DNA of 40,339 bases from Thermoplasmata archaeon (lineage in GTDB: Archaea; Thermoplasmatota; Thermoplasmata; Thermoplasmatales; Thermoplasmataceae), in contig JAKAYB010000001.1 of NCBI GenBank assembly GCA_021826925.1, forward strand, positions 1-40,339, given 5' to 3'. The notes under the pieces are model-generated. The model ran no database searches and was not told the origin of the DNA. It saw only the letters and a program-made list of their open reading frames with translations. The stretch's first letter is position 1, and each line of letters starts with the position of its first letter. Positions 28,182-36,659 of this stretch are shown piece after piece. The position numbers and the translations under genes were made by a program.

Positions 28182-29657
28182 GTGATTATACTTTTATTGT
28201 TTTCGTTGATGGTAATCGCCGCAATTGCATCTTTTTTCTTAAAGAAGCATGCCTTTGTGTATGCTCTTGGCGTTTCAGCTGCAGTACTTATAGTAATAGT
28301 ATTTTACAGTGTGCTCAGATTTCATTCTGGATACACTGGAGGGTACATCTCTACTTTCACTTACGGCCTCGCGAGCAAGATTGGCATCTTCTTCTCCATA
28401 GGCGTAAGCAGCTTCAGTGATGCGCTTCTCCTGCTTTCAGCAATAGTCATTTTTGTTGCAGTTGCAATAACTAGGAAGAAGGATTATGTCCCATCTATCT
28501 ACAGCTTTATGATCCTCATTGAAATAGGCCTTTTTGGTATTCTTATATCAAGGGACTTTCTTTTCTTCTACATTTTTTGGGAAGTGGTTTTGATACCCGC
28601 ATATTTCATTGTTGCCGAGTTTGGGGGCAAGAACAAGGATCACGTTTCCCTCAAGTTCTTCGTATACACCCATATAGGATCGGTCTTTCTTCTGCTTGCG
28701 ATATTCACTGTTTATTCCTTTTATTACATTCATACGGGAATTTTTACTTTCCAAATATCTAGCCTTATGTCGGTGAAATACTTCGCGATGATACCGACAA
28801 CACTCAAGTATTTCGCAATATTTGGTTTCCTATTTTCATTTCTTGTAAAACTTCCATCGTTTCCGATTCACTCATGGCTTCCTGATACTTACGAAACTGC
28901 TCCATATCCTGGTACAGTTATCCTGGCTGGCGGTCTCTCTATAATGGGAGGCTACGGTCTATTCGGGATACTGCTCCCTGTGGGGTCGCTCCTTGGAAAC
29001 ACAGTATTGTATATTCTGATCGGCCTTGGCATAATAAGCCTGATTTATTTTGCGCTTTCAGCTATGATGCAGTATAGCCTGAAGAGAATGATGGCATTTG
29101 CAAGTGCAGCTGCCATGGGCTTCGTAACTTTATCCTTCGGGGCCGGTATTCTTGAAACCGGTATAGAACAACCACTTGAACTTGCCGGAGGAATGTATCA
29201 AATACTCGCCCACGGGCTCATTATGACACTGATATTTGCTGCATTATACTTCATTAACCAGAAAGCAGGAAGTGACAACATATATTCACTGGGTGGTATA
29301 TTCCGGGAGATGCCAGTTCTTAGTTCAAGCCTTCTTGTGGGACTACTTGCGTCACTGGGCTTACCCGGTTTTGCAGGTTTCATAGGAGAATTCTCGGTAC
29401 TCGTGGGTTCGTTCCAGGCTATTGGGTGGGTTATCATTCTTGTCATTTTTGCTATGATAATAACTGCGTCGTATCATATCTGGGCCGCACAGCGTTCGCT
29501 GTATGGGCCGTATAATGAGCATCTTGGAGCAATAAAGGATGTTTCCGCCGCTCAGTTCTCAATACTTCTGTTTATGATGATTGCAATATTCATCTTCGGA
29601 ATCGTTCCTAATTTATACTATGGTTCTTTTCTCGCTTATCTGGGGGCTTTGATATGA
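28182..29657 (+). CDS. nuoM: Complex I-like subunit M (antiporter-like)
   Basis: Polytopic, with FWEVVLIPAYFIV. GTG 28182 lies 1 nt after the nuoL stop. The ORF is also open from TTG 28164. Confidence 0.85.
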   Translation: MIILLLFSLMVIAAIASFFLKKHAFVYALGVSAAVLIVIVFYSVLRFHSGYTGGYISTFTYGLASKIGIFFSIGVSSFSDALLLLSAIVIFVAVAITRKKDYVPSIYSFMILIEIGLFGILISRDFLFFYIFWEVVLIPAYFIVAEFGGKNKDHVSLKFFVYTHIGSVFLLLAIFTVYSFYYIHTGIFTFQISSLMSVKYFAMIPTTLKYFAIFGFLFSFLVKLPSFPIHSWLPDTYETAPYPGTVILAGGLSIMGGYGLFGILLPVGSLLGNTVLYILIGLGIISLIYFALSAMMQYSLKRMMAFASAAAMGFVTLSFGAGILETGIEQPLELAGGMYQILAHGLIMTLIFAALYFINQKAGSDNIYSLGGIFREMPVLSSSLLVGLLASLGLPGFAGFIGEFSVLVGSFQAIGWVIILVIFAMIITASYHIWAAQRSLYGPYNEHLGAIKDVSAAQFSILLFMMIAIFIFGIVPNLYYGSFLAYLGALI

Positions 29658-31102
29658 TCGATCAGTTCTTCTCTGCTTTAGGTTCAAATATATTCTATGC
29701 ATTTATTCCCGTAATATTTCTTGGAATATTTGGATTCATAGTTCTATCGCTGGGGTTTGTGAATGCGCCAAAGAAGATTGTTGCGTGGCTCACGTTTGCA
29801 GTTCTTGCAGTTACAGCCATTCTAATCTACTTTATGGAGCCAACCAATTCGACTTTTTATTATGGGACATTTGTGTTTAACAAATTCGGTATATATTTCG
29901 CAATAATAATGCTCATTTCCGGAATGCTTGTGACGATTCCTGCTCTTATCGGAATTCATCAGAAGAGCGAGATATTCTACTCCACCCTGATATTTGTCTC
30001 AGTAGGTATGGTAATTGCTGCATTCAGCCTTAACCTGATTACAATATTTATTGCATTTGAATCAGTAAGTATAGGTACCTATGTCCTCTCAAGCTTTGGG
30101 AAGAGCAAGAGAAATCTTGAAGGTTCCATCAAGTACTTTTTCACTGGGACAATAGCAACAGCATTTATCCTTTTCGGAACATCATTCTTCTTCTTAGGCA
30201 CTGGATCGTTCAATCTCTCTGTTCTTAGCGCTGTTAAACCTGCCCCTGAAATTACACTTGCTTTGATATTCTTGATCATTGGTTTTGGTTTCAAAATGGC
30301 CATATTCCCAATGCACCAGTGGGCAATTGATACATACGATGGAACGGAAAACTCCGTTTCCGCTTTTCTTGCTGCAGGGAGCAAGATCTTGGCTTATCTT
30401 ATTATCCTAAGAGTATTTATTGTCGGTTTCTCATCGGATGGCGTAGACGTGTATTACCTGTTTGTTATACTGTCAATTCTCACAATGACATATGGTAACA
30501 TAGTTGCTCTTTCCGAGACAAATTTAAAGAGAATGCTTGCATATTCCAGTGTTGCCCAGGCTGGTTACTTGATCCTTATCCCTGCGTTGATTGGGGCTGT
30601 TGGAATCTCTGATACCAGTGTTTTCAACCTTGCTATTGCGTCCGCAATATATTATTCTCTTGTGTACATATTCATGAAAGGTGGATCATTCCTGATGATC
30701 AACACGCTAAAGAATGAGAACGCACAGATATCCGACCTCTCTGGGCTTAGCAAAAGGGCCCCGGGTACAGCGGTTAGTTTTGCAATTCTCCTCCTTGCGC
30801 TTGGAGGAATACCGATAACAGGAGGCTTCTTCGCTAAATATTTCGTGTTTCTATCACTGGTTGCTGGTGGCCTATGGTGGCTTGCAATAATAGCAATCAT
30901 AAATAGTGCAATTTCGGTCTTTTATTATTTCCGGGTAATACTTTACATGTTTGGTAAGTCCCCGGAAAAGAGTGATAATATGATCCTAAACGCGTCCACA
31001 AAGGTCCCGGTTATTGTTTCAGCTTTCATAACCGTTGGTCTCTCGATCCTAATAATATACCTACCGGTCCTGGAGACAGCAGCGAAGGGGTTATTTTCAT
31101 GA
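29654..31102 (+). CDS. nuoN: Complex I-like subunit N (antiporter-like)
   Basis: 482 aa, polytopic, with FESVSIGTYVL and AYSSVAQAGY motifs. ATGA overlap with nuoM. Confidence 0.9.
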   Translation: MIDQFFSALGSNIFYAFIPVIFLGIFGFIVLSLGFVNAPKKIVAWLTFAVLAVTAILIYFMEPTNSTFYYGTFVFNKFGIYFAIIMLISGMLVTIPALIGIHQKSEIFYSTLIFVSVGMVIAAFSLNLITIFIAFESVSIGTYVLSSFGKSKRNLEGSIKYFFTGTIATAFILFGTSFFFLGTGSFNLSVLSAVKPAPEITLALIFLIIGFGFKMAIFPMHQWAIDTYDGTENSVSAFLAAGSKILAYLIILRVFIVGFSSDGVDVYYLFVILSILTMTYGNIVALSETNLKRMLAYSSVAQAGYLILIPALIGAVGISDTSVFNLAIASAIYYSLVYIFMKGGSFLMINTLKNENAQISDLSGLSKRAPGTAVSFAILLLALGGIPITGGFFAKYFVFLSLVAGGLWWLAIIAIINSAISVFYYFRVILYMFGKSPEKSDNMILNASTKVPVIVSAFITVGLSILIIYLPVLETAAKGLFS

Positions 31103-31111
31103 GGTGTCAAA

Positions 31112-31477
31112 ATGCCATTCTCATCTGATATTGAGATAATTAAAAGTGCGATTATGTATGGAGATATCGGAGATGCAGTGTCCTTGATCGATGACAGACT
31201 CAGGTCATTTAGTAGATATGAATCCGATCGAAAGAACGACAAGAAACAGAGATACGCCAAGTTCCTCAAGTATCTGAAAGACACACTTTCCGGAAAAATT
31301 TCAGTTGACGAATTCAGGGAAATTGTTGAAACTAATGCATATGATAGCTGGTTTTCACAGGATAGTTCGGCTATAAAACAATTTCTGGATTCGTTCTGCT
31401 ATTTTCTTAACATATCTATAGATAGATACGATGTCAAGTACCCTGTGTATGACGAAAAGAGGTGCAACGACGCATGA
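31112..31477 (+). CDS. Hypothetical soluble protein (121 aa) directly downstream of nuoN
   Basis: The ATG lies 9 nt after the nuoN stop, preceded by GAGGTG at a 5-nt spacing. The composition looks helical and charged, with no TM segment. I recognise no family. Confidence 0.55.
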   Translation: MPFSSDIEIIKSAIMYGDIGDAVSLIDDRLRSFSRYESDRKNDKKQRYAKFLKYLKDTLSGKISVDEFREIVETNAYDSWFSQDSSAIKQFLDSFCYFLNISIDRYDVKYPVYDEKRCNDA

Positions 31478-31725
31478 ATTCTTTTGAGCGATGTTTTGAT
31501 CATATCGAAGAGGATGCATTATCTGCCGCAGAATGTATTCATTGCCTCAAGAAGAATGGTGAGACAGTTTTCTTCAGCGAAAAGTTTGGCCGACTTGCTC
31601 TTGGGAGAGAGATCTATGATGATCGTTTTGTCGATAAGATGCAGAGGCTTTCGGATCTACTTGGAATAAAGACCCTTGAAGACTATCAGAAAGCGGACAG
31701 AAAGTATAATCTGACCATGTATTGA
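31474..31725 (+). CDS. Hypothetical soluble protein (83 aa) with CxxH...CxxC motif
   Basis: The ATG overlaps the upstream stop (ATGA). The N-terminus is MNSFERCFDHIEEDALSAAECIHCLKK. I recognise no family. Confidence 0.5.
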   Translation: MNSFERCFDHIEEDALSAAECIHCLKKNGETVFFSEKFGRLALGREIYDDRFVDKMQRLSDLLGIKTLEDYQKADRKYNLTMY

Positions 31726-31764
31726 TGTAATGATCCTGGAAATTCTCGTTATTGCTAAAAAGTG

Positions 31765-31772
31765 TTTTTATA
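31765..31772 (+). promoter_or_regulatory. TATA-like box (TTTTTATA) upstream of the B12-domain radical SAM gene
   Basis: Centred about 31 nt upstream of ATG 31800, with purine-rich CTAAAAAGTG upstream of it. The same T-tract could also act as the nuo operon termination signal. Confidence 0.3.
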
Positions 31773-31799
31773 CGATTCGGTACTGGGGGATATAGACTT

Positions 31800-33650
31800 A
31801 TGAATTACGATCTCGTTCTTCTGCACCCTCCAAGTGTTTATGACTTTCGTGACAAGATACAGTTCATGGGTCCAGTTAGCGATGTCGTTCCTTCGACATC
31901 CGTATTCGAGATGTATCCTGTCGGTTTCACAAGTATAGGTGGTTATCTGGAACGTCTTGGCTATAAGGTTAAGATAATTAATATAGCCAACAGGATGCTT
32001 TTGAATCCAAATTTCAATGTTGAAAAGAAGATAAAGGCTACAAAGAGCAGAGTTTATGGAATAGGCCTTCATTGGCTCCCTCATGCACAAGGAAGTTTGG
32101 AGTTGGCAAAGATTGTCAGAAAATATCACCCTGAGGCAAAGATTATTTTTGGCGGTCTTTCTTCTACTTATTTTCACATGGATCTCATCAAGCGGGACTA
32201 CATCGATTGTGTATTTCGTGGTGATTCTACGGAGAAACCCATTGCATTATTTATGCGATTAATGGAACTTGGAAAGGACGATTTCTCCCCTGTTCCAAAC
32301 CTTACATGGAAGGACAGGAATGGAAAGATAGTCGTAAATCCTGTAACATTCATTCCAGACAATCTGGATTACGTCAATGTTCCAGACTACAGATATGCAA
32401 TTCGATCTGTCTTCAAATATTGGAACTTTGCTGATCCTCTACCTTACAGGGACTGGTTAAACTACCCGAACACCGCCCTCCTAACTGTTCGTGGGTGTAC
32501 GCAAGGCTGTATAATTTGTGGTGGGTCCCGTACGGGCTATGCAATGAACTGTGAAAGAAATCATGTATCCCCAAGATCACCTGAGAAACTTATAGAAGAT
32601 ATAAAATTCGTTCAAAGGTTCAGTCGTGCCCCGATATTTGTTATAGGTGATATCAGGCAGACTGGAAAGAAATACTCGGACAGGTTCCTTGAATTACTAT
32701 CTTCTGTACAGGTGAAAAACGAATTTGTTTTTGAGCTATTCCAGTACGCGGATGAGGAATTTTTTGAAAAAATAGAACGCTCAGTTCCACGCTATAGTAT
32801 AGAGATCACCCTCGAGACATACGACGAAGAGTTGAGAAAAAAGAATGGAAAATTTGTTAGCTCAAACGACAAGCTAATAGATACACTGAATTTTGCACTA
32901 AAGCACGGATGCATGAAAATCGACTTATTTTTTATGGTCGGCCTTCCACATCAATCCTTTGAAAGTGCAATGAAAAACGTGGATTTCTGTAAGGAGATAT
33001 TTAACAGATGCGGAAAAAGTAAGAAAGTTTCATTTTTCATAGCGCCATTGGCTCCATTTCTGGATCCTGCGAGTAAAGGTTACGAGAATCCGGAATTTTT
33101 TGGCTACAAAAAGTTCGCAAAAACCATAGATGATCACGTGAATCTATTGCTTGAACCCTCGTGGGAATACACCCTGAGCTATGAAACAGATTTGATGACA
33201 CGCGCGGATATTGTTAGAGCTACATATCTGAGTTCCAAAGAACTTAATGAATTTAAGTTCCAGAATGGGTTGATTGATAAGAGTACCTATCTTGATATAA
33301 AAAACAAGATAGATCGGTCTATGGAATTCATAGAGAAAATAGAAAATATAAAGTCGAAACCAGATGGTGAACAGCAAATTTTACTTCGTGCAGTGAAAGA
33401 TGAACTGAAGAGTATAAAATCGCACGAAATATGCGGGGACCATGAACTGAAGTGGGAAGTAAAGAAGAATTATGCAAATTTACTCAGTCTTTTGATAGTA
33501 GGAATTGGTCTTCTTTTTGATGAATGGAAAACCGAGCTCAGAACGCACTGGGGACATGATAAGGCTGATTATCCAGAAATTCGTGAGCTCCTTGCAGAGA
33601 CGCTTTTGAACGAGCATCCATCCGGTCCCCAAACAGCATTACTTCGTTAG
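31800..33650 (+). CDS. B12-binding-domain-type (class B-like, COG1032-type) radical SAM protein with C-terminal hydrophobic helix
   Basis: The N-terminal Rossmann-like region (DLVLLHPPS..., KIIFGGLSSTYF) is followed by the radical SAM motif VRGCTQGCIICGG (CxxxCxxC). About 250 further aa end with the hydrophobic LLSLLIVGIGLLF. ATG 31800 is preferred over TTG 31752. Confidence 0.8.
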   Translation: MNYDLVLLHPPSVYDFRDKIQFMGPVSDVVPSTSVFEMYPVGFTSIGGYLERLGYKVKIINIANRMLLNPNFNVEKKIKATKSRVYGIGLHWLPHAQGSLELAKIVRKYHPEAKIIFGGLSSTYFHMDLIKRDYIDCVFRGDSTEKPIALFMRLMELGKDDFSPVPNLTWKDRNGKIVVNPVTFIPDNLDYVNVPDYRYAIRSVFKYWNFADPLPYRDWLNYPNTALLTVRGCTQGCIICGGSRTGYAMNCERNHVSPRSPEKLIEDIKFVQRFSRAPIFVIGDIRQTGKKYSDRFLELLSSVQVKNEFVFELFQYADEEFFEKIERSVPRYSIEITLETYDEELRKKNGKFVSSNDKLIDTLNFALKHGCMKIDLFFMVGLPHQSFESAMKNVDFCKEIFNRCGKSKKVSFFIAPLAPFLDPASKGYENPEFFGYKKFAKTIDDHVNLLLEPSWEYTLSYETDLMTRADIVRATYLSSKELNEFKFQNGLIDKSTYLDIKNKIDRSMEFIEKIENIKSKPDGEQQILLRAVKDELKSIKSHEICGDHELKWEVKKNYANLLSLLIVGIGLLFDEWKTELRTHWGHDKADYPEIRELLAETLLNEHPSGPQTALLR

Positions 33651-34025
33651 ATATCAGATGCAAAAGTGGATTCTCTCCCGACTTTGAAGTTGAGTTTTCT
33701 ATTTCAAAAGTTGCCAGTGAAATCGCCACGGACTCAAATTCTCCTCGACCCGAAAATAGTCTGTACCTCATATCAAGCCATCTAACTTTAAGGCTGTAGG
33801 TGCGCATGAAACAATATGCGATCCGATCTATTTCACTTCTGTCTAGCCAGTGGAGAACGTGATGTGTTTACGGAAACAAGGCAGTTTCGTTCGTTTTCCT
33901 ACTCCCTCTTGTGAAAAAGGCTTTTTGCTTGCATATGCTAAAGTGTTTTTGACTACGCATTAAGGATTTTGTGCTTTCTCCATTTATTATCTCACATATT
34001 ATATGTTTATAAATCTATCGCTATT

Positions 34026-35351
34026 ATGAAGTATATATCCAACGTTGTTATTCCAGCCTGTTGGTCAAGGGTGGACCCTTTAAAGTTTTCAGAGTCGCTG
34101 ATCATATTTTCAGTCACTATGTTTCTGGTAATCAAAAAACCCTTCGGGATTGGTATAGGGTATTCCTCCCTTATTGGGGCGGCCTTAACGCTGATCCTCG
34201 GGCTTACGACATTCAATCAGGTCATAATTGTGTGGGATATTGTTTGGAACGCCACATTCACCTTCATCGCCATAATAGTTCTTTCAATGATATACGATGA
34301 GATTGGTTTTTTCGACGAGATAGCCAAAAAGATTACGGATTACTCAAATGGATCAATAGGACTATTGTTTGTGTTGATGATTCTTCTCGGTTCAGTTGTC
34401 TCTGCACTTTTTGCCAACGATGGCGCTGTGCTTGTGCTGACCCCTATAGTACTCTCCCTTGTAAGGAATCTTGGATTAGACAAAAAGGCACAGATAGCTT
34501 TCGTAATTTCCATAGGTTTCATATCAGACACCGCAAGCGTACCGCTGACAATAAGCAACCTCGTGAATATAATAACGGCTGGATATTTCAAAATTGATTT
34601 TATACAATACTTTAGTGTTATGTATCTGCCTTATATCGTTTCCGTTCTTGCGTCGCTAGCGGTCCTTTGGTTATTTTTCCATTCGTCACTTCCGAGAGCA
34701 GTGACGCCAAGAGTACCTCCTGCAAGTGGACTCCCAGTCCGTGATCCGGCTATGATCAAAGCGGGTATACCAGTTCTGGTCTCGCTCATCGCCCTATATG
34801 CGATTACGGGCGTCTATGGAATTCCGATATCATTTATCGCCGTTCCTGTTGTTGGAATTCTTCTTGTTATTGTATCACTGAGAAAATCAGTAAGTGCACG
34901 GAGAGTGCTAAAAGAGGCCCCTTGGCAAATTGTTCTTTTCTCGATTGGAATGTATATCATAGTTTTCGGTCTGGGTTACAATGGTTTTATCGGTCTACTT
35001 TCTGGCCTCATTCTCCGCATCTCCTCTTTTCCAGGTCCATTGCCGCTGTTACTTTCTGGTTACCTTTTTTCGGGCATGGCATCAGTAATGAACAATCTAC
35101 CCTCTGTTATGCTTGGCAACCTCGCGATCCCTTTGTCGCTGTCAAATACTCATCTCGCCTATGCAAACATAATAGGGAATGACATAGGGACAAAATTCAC
35201 TCCTATAGGTTCTCTTGCGACACTCTTGTGGTTGAATTCGCTTGATAAAAACAGCGGGATAAAGATTTCATATGGCTATTACATGAAAGTTGGCTTAATC
35301 ATCTGCATTCCAGTGCTTACAATAACACTGATATCACTTTATTTTGTTTAA
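34026..35351 (+). CDS. arsB: Arsenite efflux permease ArsB (ArsB/NhaD superfamily)
   Basis: The N-terminal third (VIIVWDIVWNATFTFIAIIVLSMIYDEIGFFDEIA) is closely collinear with E. coli ArsB as I recall it ([31 protein letters not shown]). About 12 TM. The start is uncertain, since the ORF is open from 33969. Confidence 0.85.
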   Translation: MKYISNVVIPACWSRVDPLKFSESLIIFSVTMFLVIKKPFGIGIGYSSLIGAALTLILGLTTFNQVIIVWDIVWNATFTFIAIIVLSMIYDEIGFFDEIAKKITDYSNGSIGLLFVLMILLGSVVSALFANDGAVLVLTPIVLSLVRNLGLDKKAQIAFVISIGFISDTASVPLTISNLVNIITAGYFKIDFIQYFSVMYLPYIVSVLASLAVLWLFFHSSLPRAVTPRVPPASGLPVRDPAMIKAGIPVLVSLIALYAITGVYGIPISFIAVPVVGILLVIVSLRKSVSARRVLKEAPWQIVLFSIGMYIIVFGLGYNGFIGLLSGLILRISSFPGPLPLLLSGYLFSGMASVMNNLPSVMLGNLAIPLSLSNTHLAYANIIGNDIGTKFTPIGSLATLLWLNSLDKNSGIKISYGYYMKVGLIICIPVLTITLISLYFV

Positions 35352-35369
35352 CTGTAGTTGAAAAGGTAT

Positions 35370-36191
35370 TTAGGACTCGGAGGTGAAACTTGTATTCTGC
35401 GCCGCCGCCTTTTTCTCGTACCTTCTGGAGAAATACGCTCCAAGAAAATAGAGGGAGATAATTGGTATGGACATGATAATCATGGTGAATCCTAGAACAC
35501 CCGGCGAAAAAATCCATCCAAAAACGAGTGCTCCGATAACAGCATATCTCCAGTGGCTGATCCAGAATCCAGAAGAAACCATTCCAGCACGGGTCAATCC
35601 GTACATTATAACTGGGGTCTCGAACGCCAATCCAAAAGAAAGCATATATAGTAGAAGAAAAGACGTAAAATTTGAAATTCCCATTGTCGGGGTAGAGTTA
35701 ACTCCAATGTCAAATTCCTTAAAAATTATAAACAATGCTGGTGCAATCAGCCAGAGGCCGATAAATGCCCCTGTTGTGAATAATATAGTCGCAGGTATCG
35801 TAATTGTCTTGATCAGAGATTTTTCACTCTTCTTCAAAGCTGGACCAATAAATTTTGCAAGTTCGATGACAATCACGGGCATGCTGACAACAAGACTTAT
35901 GAAAAGCGCAATGTAAACATTCGCTACAACACCGTTGGTCGGGCTTACTATAATGAGCTTAGTACCAGCAGGAAGCACATGGTCCTCAAGTATTACGAGG
36001 AGTTGGGAGGGCATATTCCTATAAACGTCCGGGTAAAGAAAAAGGAAAGAGCGCCCAAAGATCGTAACTTTGTGGATCCCGAAAAGGAGGAAAAATGCAA
36101 ATATTCCCAAAAAGAAATAAACAATGTGGATAACTGATTTCCTTAGATCAGCAATATGCCGAGAAATAACGGTAAAGAAATTGTCATCCAT
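35370..36191 (-). CDS. tatC: Twin-arginine translocase subunit TatC
   Basis: 273 aa with six TM segments. The gene lies 2 nt downstream of tatA. Length and hydrophobic architecture are typical of TatC. Confidence 0.8.
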   Translation of the reverse strand: MDDNFFTVISRHIADLRKSVIHIVYFFLGIFAFFLLFGIHKVTIFGRSFLFLYPDVYRNMPSQLLVILEDHVLPAGTKLIIVSPTNGVVANVYIALFISLVVSMPVIVIELAKFIGPALKKSEKSLIKTITIPATILFTTGAFIGLWLIAPALFIIFKEFDIGVNSTPTMGISNFTSFLLLYMLSFGLAFETPVIMYGLTRAGMVSSGFWISHWRYAVIGALVFGWIFSPGVLGFTMIIMSIPIISLYFLGAYFSRRYEKKAAAQNTSFTSES

Positions 36192-36193
36192 AA

Positions 36194-36487
36194 TTAGTTA
36201 ATCTTTGTCTTTTCGTTTATCTCTTTTATCAACTGCTCATCAGATTTGTTAGTAGGATCTATCCCAAGAGCTTTCGCCGCTTCTGAATAGTTCATCTTTT
36301 GAGCAGGAGGTTCTGGAGTATCATATGCTGCTTTCTTCATCTCATTTTGTAACTCCATTTGTCCCCTCTTAAATTCTCCGGTAGCTCTACCAAGACTCCG
36401 TGCGAATTCCGGTATCTTTTTCGCACTACCGAACAATATTAATATCGCAACTATTATTATTAAAATCTCAATACCAGAATCAAACAT
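36194..36487 (-). CDS. tatA: Twin-arginine translocase subunit TatA/E
   Basis: An N-terminal TM helix is followed by the amphipathic hinge FGSAKKIPEFARSLGRATGEFKRG. ATG 36487 is preferred over TTG 36508. Confidence 0.85.
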   Translation of the reverse strand: MFDSGIEILIIIVAILILFGSAKKIPEFARSLGRATGEFKRGQMELQNEMKKAAYDTPEPPAQKMNYSEAAKALGIDPTNKSDEQLIKEINEKTKIN

Positions 36488-36659
36488 AAAGTTATAATTA
36501 AAACTCAATATTTAACTCTTTGCTGTTACTTTTTTTGAATATAATTCTGGAATACATTTTCAAAGATGAAAGCTTGAGTGCGAAACGATAAGGTTTCTCT
36601 TTTAATGATTTAGTAACAATTAGTTTATTAATGAAGCATTGATACCGATATTTGGTCTT

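Noticed and set aside
31755-32177. 140-aa minus-strand ORF
   Set aside because: It is antisense to the 5' part of the B12-domain radical SAM gene. It is a shadow ORF.
33538-33807. 89-aa minus-strand ORF spanning the radical SAM 3' end and the arsB upstream spacer
   Set aside because: It overlaps the radical SAM gene by 113 nt and has no motif or promoter-like context. It is noted only as a possible gene remnant.
35467-35916. 149-aa plus-strand ORF
   Set aside because: It is antisense to tatC.
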